The notes under the pieces: model-generated | The model's database searches: none | Seen by the model: the letters and a program-made list of their open reading frames with translations, nothing else | What the model was told of the DNA's origin: nothing | Shown here: piece after piece, positions 1 to 8,000 of the stretch | Layout: each line of letters opens with the position of its first letter | Position numbering within the stretch: position 1 is the stretch's first letter | Origin: Tubiluchus corallicola | Taxonomy: Eukaryota; Animalia; Priapulida | Assembly: GCA_030141605.1 (NCBI GenBank) | Contig: JAQGDQ010002163.1 | Span: forward strand, 1 to 12,291 | Reading direction: 5' to 3' | Length of the DNA: 12,291 bases | Translations under genes and position numbers: made by a program

Positions 1-339
1 ACAAGAACAAGGGCAAATTTAAAGTCCAAACGGAAGTATGCTACTATACAAGAACAAGGTACAAATTTAAAGTGCAAGCGGAAGTAACAAGAACAAGGGC
101 AAATTTAAAGTCCAAACGGAAGTATGCTACTATACAAGAACAAGGTACAAATTTAAAGTGCAAGCGGAAGTAACAAGAACAAGGGCAAATTTAAAGTCCA
201 AACGGAAGTATGCTACTATACAAGAACAAGGTACAAATTTAAAGTGCAAGCGGAAGTAACAGGAACAAGGGCAAATTTAAAGTCCAAACGGAAGTACGCT
301 ACTATACAAGAACAAGGTACAAATTTAAAGTCCAAGCGG
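1..339. repeat. Minisatellite, 86-bp unit (47+39-bp related subunits), about 4 copies, cut by the window start
   Basis: Units start at 1, 87, 173 and 259. Both subunits read acaagaacaagg..caaatttaaagt.caa.cggaagta. Confidence 0.95.
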
Positions 340-491
340 TCACAGTTATACTAAGTCACAGATCAACAATGGTAAATCGGCCTCGGTCACAGTTACACTA
401 AGTCATAGATCAACAATAGTAAATCGGCCTCGGTCACAGTTACACTAAGTCACAGATCAACAATAGTAAATCGACCTCGGTCACAGTTACA
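337..491. repeat. Minisatellite, 47-bp unit, about 3.3 copies
   Basis: cggtcacagtta(t/c)actaagtca.agatcaacaat.gtaaatcg.cct starts at 337, 384, 431 and 478 (partial). Confidence 0.95.
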
Positions 492-1176
492 ACAAAAGTT
501 CATTTCAGACTATAAATTTGCGTTGAATTACAAAGAAAATTGGATGCAGTCATGCAAAATTAGTCATTTCAAAAAATTTCCAATCCCGGACAATATCATC
601 AATGTCTGATTTGCAAAATAAATCTTAAAGGCACTGGTAAGGCAAAATTAGTTTTTATAAATATGGTTTGCTAATTAAGTACCAATGTTGACATCGCACA
701 AAATACATTTTTTTATTGTATGCAACAATCATCAACTGTAAAATGCGCAAATGATCTCTCATTTTGTAAACATACTGTACAAACAGTAAGGGATTCTATA
801 AAGGTCTGTCCTGTACATTCTCTACAATTGCTAATTGTGCTAACAACTGAACAATTAGAGAAAGACTCATAACTTTTTACCTTTGTGACAAATTAAGAAA
901 GCTTGCAAGTGCATCACCATACGCCCTTTCCTTTTCTTAGGTTACGTGTGTTAAATAAAGCACTCCATTACATATTTTTCTTTATTTGGTCTTTGCAGAC
1001 TGATTTGATCGGGAAGATAATTTGTTATGCACCTATTGATCACGCATTCCCAAACTAACAGGTAAACACGTTTTCACCTGTTGTCCTTCAAAGGTGAATT
1101 ACTGATAATGACTAGCTATGATGATTTGAACAAGCAGTCGTATTATTCAAAGCTTCCCGGTAATTTTACCTTTCTG

Positions 1177-1874
1177 GACAAGTGTTATTTTTAGTCTGTG
1201 TAATAATCTGGCTTAATATCTGGACTGGACTTTTGCAAAATGGACAGGACTATACAACAGAAGCGAGAAAATTGTGAGAGAGGTATTCTCTTGGTCGTGA
1301 CAGGTGTTATTTTTAGTTTGTGGAATAGTATGGCTTAATAACTGGATTTGTACAAAATGGACGGGACTATACAACAGAAGCGAGAAAGTTGTGAGAGAGG
1401 TATTCTCTTGGTCGTGACAGGTGTTATTTTTAGTCTGTGGAATAATCTGGCTTAATATCTGGACTGGACTTTTACAAAATGGACAGGACTATACAACAGA
1501 AGCGAGAAAGTTGTGAGAGAGGTATTTCCTTTGGTCGTGACCGGTGTTATTTTTAGTTTGTAGAATAATCTGGCTTAATAACTGGACTTGTACAAAATGG
1601 ACAGGGCAATACAGAAGCGAGAAAGTTGTGAGAGAGGTATTCCCTTGGTCGTGACCGGTGTTATTTTTAGTTTGTAGAATAATCTGGCTTAATAACTGGA
1701 CTTGTACAAAATGGACAGGGCAATACAGAAGCGGGAAAGTTGTGAGAGAGGTATTCTCTTGATCGTGACGGGTGTTATTTTTAGTCTGTGGAATAATCTG
1801 GCTTAATATCTGGACTGGACTTTTGCAAAATGGACAAGAAGCAAGAAAGTTGCTAGAAAATTATTCTCTTGATC
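1177..1874. repeat. Tandem repeat, 114-123-bp unit, about 6 copies in two variants
   Basis: gtgttatttttagt recurs at 1182, 1304, 1421, 1544, 1658 and 1772. Confidence 0.95.
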
Positions 1875-2119
1875 TTAGCATTAAATACAAAACTAGTTCA
1901 CATTCGCTGGTGGGTAATTTATTAAAACAGACAAGCAAAAATGCAACACCTGTCAGATTTACAATAATGTCACTTAATACCACATAATTTATATTGCAAT
2001 GAAAACTTGTGTAGCATGAACATGGTGTCGGGTAGTTTTAAAATTTTACATACATGTAGTAACATAAAACTGCAAGTCACAATAATAACTATTCCTAGTA
2101 GCTCTGTATACTATCAACA

Positions 2120-4016
2120 CAGTGGCGGCTCGGAGCTAACATTAGTGGGGGTGCTGCTTCAAAATATTTTTAGCTATTGTTTTAAAAGACCTAATTACAC
2201 TATTTTTTGTGTTATTTTCTTTTGTAGCGTAGGCGGAATCATAAACATTTCCTTATTTCTAAAACAGTTTTTGTGGAAATGCTTTTATGTGATATGATAA
2301 CTTAAATTAAGCATATTATCGCCCGCAATGACACTGGGTGCTGTGACGTCACGTCAGGAAGTGGCAGTAGATAGCCCGGGGACCCCAGCAAGCAGAGCAA
2401 TGCGAACATTGAACAGAACGGTTATTGCTGAGTAATGATTTATCTATTAGTAAAAACGTTTCTTACTATAGTATTTAAATACTTATAGCAAATAAACTTA
2501 TAAGAATCGGTTTTAATTTTGCAAATCAGCAAGGAACAGCAAATTTATAGTAACAAACACAGTGTACAGTGTTCCCCCGCTACTTCGCGGTTCGTTTATC
2601 GCGGACTCGCTGTTTCGCGGGTTTTCAAAAATATTAATGTAAAATATTTATCGCGGTATTTTTGCTGTTTCGCGAGTTTTTGCGGTACTCCGTCTAAAGT
2701 ATTTATGCACATGCGTAGTACGTATTGTACAGTAATGTATAGATTTGATGAATTTTGCATAAAAAAATCACAAAATATATGAAAAATATTAATTCTAACA
2801 TTAAAAGAATATCATAAATCATGAAAAATGACCATTTACAGTAAATAGTGTATTCATTCGGCGAATTAATACACACCAAAAACAAAATGTAGTACTTGCG
2901 CCCGCGAATAAGTATTCGTCCCTACTTTGCGGAAATTCACTTATCGCGGGTGGGCCTGGAAAAGCCAGGTAACAAAATCATCTGTCATTACTGCATAATG
3001 GTCTAGTTCTTTCTCTTCGATCGTACCCAAGAATCCGCTGTTGTTTTTACAATTTTACATGCTGAAAAACGACCACCGCTCGTCGGAAGTATTATCTAAA
3101 CTGGACATTGGGCAAAAGATACCTTGGCAATGATTTATGAAACAGAAGTGGATCAGAAAATGAAACAAGAGAGCAGCGCAGAGGGAAATATCAATGATGT
3201 CACGCTAAAACTTTTACGCGCTGTACTTCGTTATTAATAATTTTTTCATTTCTAAAACATAGTGCATTCAAATAAGTGTAGAAAAACCTATTATTTGAGT
3301 TTACCATTAAAAAATCCATTCAGCGAGTACCCCGCTTCTCCACTATCGGCGTGCCGCTTCACCTGCTCACTTGTAAATAAAGTGAGCAAGTCCTAACGGG
3401 ACGTCACTTCCGCTTTCTTCCCGGATTTTTCGCAAGATGCCTGTGCGGCGCTAAATTTGAAGTGTTCCAATGCTAACCAAAGCGAAGCGCGCAAGTTTAT
3501 AAAAAAGTAAAAAATAAATAAATAAACAAAATAAAAGTAACTTTTTTGTATCAAGTTAGTCAATAGTGAATTTGACAGCAAGTGTCTACCAGGATGTCAG
3601 TGGAACTTTTAACACCGTGTAAAGCGAAGTAAAAATATGTAATTTAATGCTGTAATCTGTCATTGTAATTTTAAATAAACAAACATAAACTTGATAAAAT
3701 TCTAAACGAAAAACATTTTTTGCTTACGAATAACCTAAACTGCCGCAGTTCGAGAATATGCCGTATACACAGTTTTTAAGCACGGGACAACTGACAACAC
3801 ACTGCATGAGGGACAGTACTATTTCTAGCTGAACAGCAGCATTTTATCTCAGACATGAAGCCAAACGTTACTGAAGCGCGCTGTGCTGGGCTGTGAAGCA
3901 AACAGTACTACCCTCACGTGCTCGAGTTCCGTAGAAAAGAACTAAAGAAAAAAAGACTCATTATTTGGAAAATTCTCGATAACATTGAGTAAAAACATAT
4001 ACACGAGCCGCCACTG
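2120..4016. mobile_element. Non-autonomous DNA transposon (hAT-like), about 1.9 kb, with 13-bp terminal inverted repeats
   Basis: CAGTGGCGGCTCG (2120-2132) is the exact reverse complement of CGAGCCGCCACTG (4004-4016). CAG termini are typical of hAT. The 8-bp flanks tatcaaca/cgcgaaca match only 4/8. No transposase ORF seen. Confidence 0.6.
2567..2961. mobile_element. Tc1/mariner (pogo/Tigger-like) MITE, right end truncated, nested in the larger element
   Basis: Begins TA|CAGTGTTCCCCCGCTACTTCGCGG with many TCGCGG motifs. A second cluster lies at 2920-2950 (ccctactttgcggaaattcacttatcgcgg). No matching right terminal repeat follows. Family assigned from recalled resemblance. Confidence 0.6.
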
Positions 4017-4737
4017 CGCGAACACCGATGACGAGAGTAGTATGCCTCGATTACTTGTGCGTTAACTTCTAATCGCATTCGCCTAGAAGCCTACCTCGGG
4101 ATCGAAAGACAATGGAGAGGTGGCCACAGATGACTAAGACACACTACTAACAGCAATACGCACGTGTGAAAATACAAAAGGTTTAAAACTAAGTTGACAA
4201 ACGACCAAGCAATGCAACGACACAGAAAATAGACAAAACCATTAACATCTACCATATGTACAGCACAGCAGGAGTAATTATATCTGAGACGGTCATCTAT
4301 TGACAAAAATTCGAAAATGCCGAAACTTCGTTAAAATAATAATGCTTATAAACTTGACAAAAATCCACAAACGATTCAACTGTCTGTGTTTATAAAAACG
4401 CTGTCAAAAAAGAAAATTTGACCGAGATAAATAAAAGTCACATCTACTCTCGCTACACGACAATATCCGTGAGAATTTTACAAAATACAAATCTAGATTC
4501 AATAAGAGAAATGGCTCTCGAGCGACACAGTACTACGTCGGTGTCGTCTGACTAGGAGCATATTCCGGACGTGGCGGCCAAGAAACTTCGACTCAAAATG
4601 AGGCTTCTAACGCCGCTCTTACGACGTTACTGCAAATACGACATCGCTCAGTTTGCAGCGTAATGATCCGGACAGAATGTTGCACACGGTTAAAAACGTG
4701 TGACGATGGCGGATGCGATGTTATCCGTTTGCTACTT

Positions 4738-5036
4738 TCAATAGTTTTCTTGCCAAATGACATCATCAATTTCATATGTGAGATTGTCGTCCTCGGCTGC
4801 TGGACCTTCGAGCATCCTGGAGAACAGGCGATCCATCGGTATTGTCGACTGCTTCTTCACGTTGCCCCAGTACTCTTTGGCCATGTAGTCGATCTCGCGT
4901 AAGACGGGCAGGGATAAGAGCAACGTGTTCATGCGGAAGACGTCCACCGCGGAGCTCTTCCGACTGGCGTATTTGAGCGCAGTCATGGCCTGTTCTCTGA
5001 GTCGATTCAACAAATCTTTCGATTCCACTTTGGCAT
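4738..5036 (-). CDS. Terminal coding exon, helices 9-12 plus acidic tail (DAKVESK...IPMDRLFSRMLEGPAAEDDNLTYEIDDVIWQENY*)
   Basis: Acceptor cttatttctag|AT at 5037/5036; TGA stop at 4740-4738; R...LLLSLPVLR helix 10 and a PMxxLFxxML helix 12. Confidence 0.9.
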
Positions 5037-8000
5037 CTAGAAATAAGATTAAACAACGTCAATCGCGTTTACGTCGAGAAAAACAAAACCTTCCACACGT
5101 ATCTACGGTAAGGTTGCAATTAAACTTTTAGGACATGCTGACGAGAAGTTTGACCCTTTGGCAACGGTCAGTTACAAATAAAATTCAACATAAGATGATC
5201 GTTTAACATTTGGTATAAATTAGTTAGGGATGATATAACCAAATCATAGATTAAAAACTTAATTAACAACAGGCGAGCCCAACTATTGATGACATCACAA
5301 ACTAACATAATTTTCAAGAGCAAAAATATTCCACGAGCGTGCTGCACGTGTTTGGGAAAGCGAAAATTGAAGTACAGTGCAACTGTAAGATATTCAGTGT
5401 GTTGTACTAAAACTAGGTAGGTTTTCAAATAAAAATTTAAATTTCAAATTCACTGCTGTGCTCACGCATGAGCTGTCCAACGTGTGTAGTTCGTCACATA
5501 GTGACACATCTAAACTGAGAGGTACAGCACCTGCTTTTGTGCAAGAGGTTTCCAAAATGCATGCACTGGTGCCCGTCTAACTAACAAATGGCGAAATGCG
5601 TGTAACAGTGAAGAACTAGTGGTGTGAATGTGAAATTGTGGTAATAATTCTTTCACATAAGACATTTTTGAAAAAATAGTGTGTTTCGTTTCAATATTTT
5701 ACAGAGCAGATTGTTTTGACCTACAGTTTAAGATCGGGTCCAGTTTTACTTTAATGATGCTTTCAAAATTCTATGGCTTGCCTTGGCTTCTTGGTTTTAG
5801 AAACTGACAGAAGGACAGACACACATCAACACAGCATGCCATGCATGGCGGGGGGGGGGCATTGAAAGTTTGAGTGATAACAAATCACAACGCTCACCAC
5901 AATTGAAGAGCATGAGCGCCCGCAGGGCGGCATACTCCTCCGGAGACAACGGTCTCGTACCAAACTTGCTGATGAATCTGTGCAGTACGGGGTACATTGG
6001 TTCACTGTCTATCGACCGAAATGCCTAAAATGAAATAGAAAATAGTAGATCGACTAATCATTGTAACTATACATGTGTGAAAATAAAACATTTTTCTCTA
6101 GTTGATTAAACGTTTGCAATATATGAGGACAGCCCGTATTTTCAAGGATTTTTCCTTGACCGCCGGAACCCTGCAGTCATTGACAAAATCTCAAGATGAC
6201 CCAAAATCAGAAAACTACAGAACCCCACACGACTAGAACAAAACATGAAACGGACTGACAAATGCAAGTCAAAAAATAGATAAACTTTTACAGTTAAAAA
6301 CAAAACAACTTTATTAAAATTTCTACATCAAAAAGTTAAAATCCTGCCAAACATTTCGACAGACTGCTGCTGTCATCATCAGTGGTAAATTTACAAACGT
6401 ACAAGCAGTTTATATAGGCAGAGTCTATTATGCACTGATTAAGTAGTTAATAAAGCCAATGAATAAGCAGACCTGAAGAAAAAAAATTAAAACAGCAAGA
6501 AATTGTTTCAATTTACTGTGCCAATTTCTTTAATGGTCTGTTTGTTTAATACCCATTTCGCTTCTGTTAAAAACATAATTAGTACTAATGTTCTATACCT
6601 TAGGCTCTGCATATATAAACTGATTGTATGTTTGTAAATTTACCACTGATGATGACAGCAGCAGCTAGTCGAAATGTTTGGCTTGATTTTAACTTTTTAA
6701 TGTAAAAATTTAAATAAAGTTGTGCTCTTTTTAGCTATAAATGTTTTTAAGTGCATGTAATAAAAATTGACATAGACAAACTTAGATTAGATCACTAAAC
6801 TATTAAAGCGAAATATCAAAGCAGTTCTTTCAAGGCAAATTTTAGTAAATAGTTCTGCAAGTAAAACTTTAAGCACAAGATGGGACAGGAATAGTCCACA
6901 GCCCATAAGTGAACAAGTCTTCACACATTTTAATGTGACCGTTATACGGCATGGACTGATACATGATTGTTAAGATGATCAGTCCGTAAGTGAAACGACG
7001 CTACACTCACCTCGATGCCCATGAACAAGTCTTCACACATTTTAATGTGACCGTTATACGGCACGGACTGATACATGATTGTTAAGATGATCAGTCCGTA
7101 AGTGAAACGACGCTACACTCACCTCGATGCCCATGAACAAGTCTTCACACATTTTAATGTGACCGTTATACGGCATGGACTGATACATGATTGTTAAGAT
7201 GATCAGTCCGTAAGTGAAACGACGCTACACTCGCCTCGATGCCCATGAACAAGTCTTCACACATTTTAATGTAACCGTTATACGGCATGGACTGATACAT
7301 GATTGTTAAGATGATCAGTCCGTAAGTGAAACGACGCTACACTCACCTCGATGCCCATGAACAAGTCTTCACACATTTTAATGTGACCGTTATACGGCAC
7401 GGACTGATACATGATTGTTAAGATGATCAGTCCGTAAGTGAAAGGACGCTACACTCACCTCGATGCCCATGAACAAGTCTTCACACATTTTAATGTAACC
7501 GCTATACGGCATGGACTGATACATGAGTGTTAAGATGATCAGCTCGCCCCATCCAGACTGTAAGAGCTGTGTCTGGTCGGTTTCGCTGAATTCTCCAAAA
7601 CCTGCAAAAATCAGCATGTGTTAGTTTACCTTGACTTTCGGCTTCAGAAAAACCGCCTTAAAAAATGATATTATTTTATAACAATTTTATGCACATGCCG
7701 TACTCGCGTAAAAAGGAATTTTTGTTTGTTTTCATTTCAAATCTCCCGCAATACTGTTCCAAAGTGGCCATTACATGACGTCACCTATGCAAATGTAAAT
7801 CAGGGGAAGAAAAGGAAATGTTAAATTACGTCCCAAAAAACTTTCCCTGCAAATCTATATTATTTAGAATTTTGGTTACCTGCTGGAAAGACTTATGTAA
7901 CTAGAAATAATAACTTAAAATGTTCGTGCAAACATGAAGAAACAGTATTATGAAAACATGTGGTGCCCCCACTTGTTAAGAAAAAGGAACGTTAACGGTC

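Larger units (their letters stand above)
6281..6748. mobile_element. Penelope-like retroelement remnant: two inverted ~150-bp terminal-repeat (pLTR)-like arms around a ~170-bp spacer
   Basis: About 6281-6429 is the near reverse complement of about 6600-6748. Each arm reads TATATAAA, then CTGATGA..GAAA, then AATAAA. The inverted repeat is certain; the family call is inference. Confidence 0.65.

Noticed and set aside
1-1874. CRISPR-like arrays
   Set aside because: The units repeat in full with no unique spacers, the context is eukaryotic, and there are no cas genes.
1177-1874. Repeat unit as a duplicated exon (ttttag| ... gag|gtattc on the plus strand)
   Set aside because: In the unit I translated, all three frames of the putative exon contain stops.
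2960-3240. Possible transposase or THAP-domain remnant
   Set aside because: Only vague fragments interrupted by stops; not supportable without a search.
1772-4306. Short ORFs in the supplied track (also those at 7934-10805 and 11307-11546)
   Set aside because: No recognisable domains; most lie in repeats or AT-rich sequence and many use non-ATG starts.
4593-5131. Overlapping and antisense ORFs around the last exon
   Set aside because: These are shadow frames of the GC-richer coding exon.
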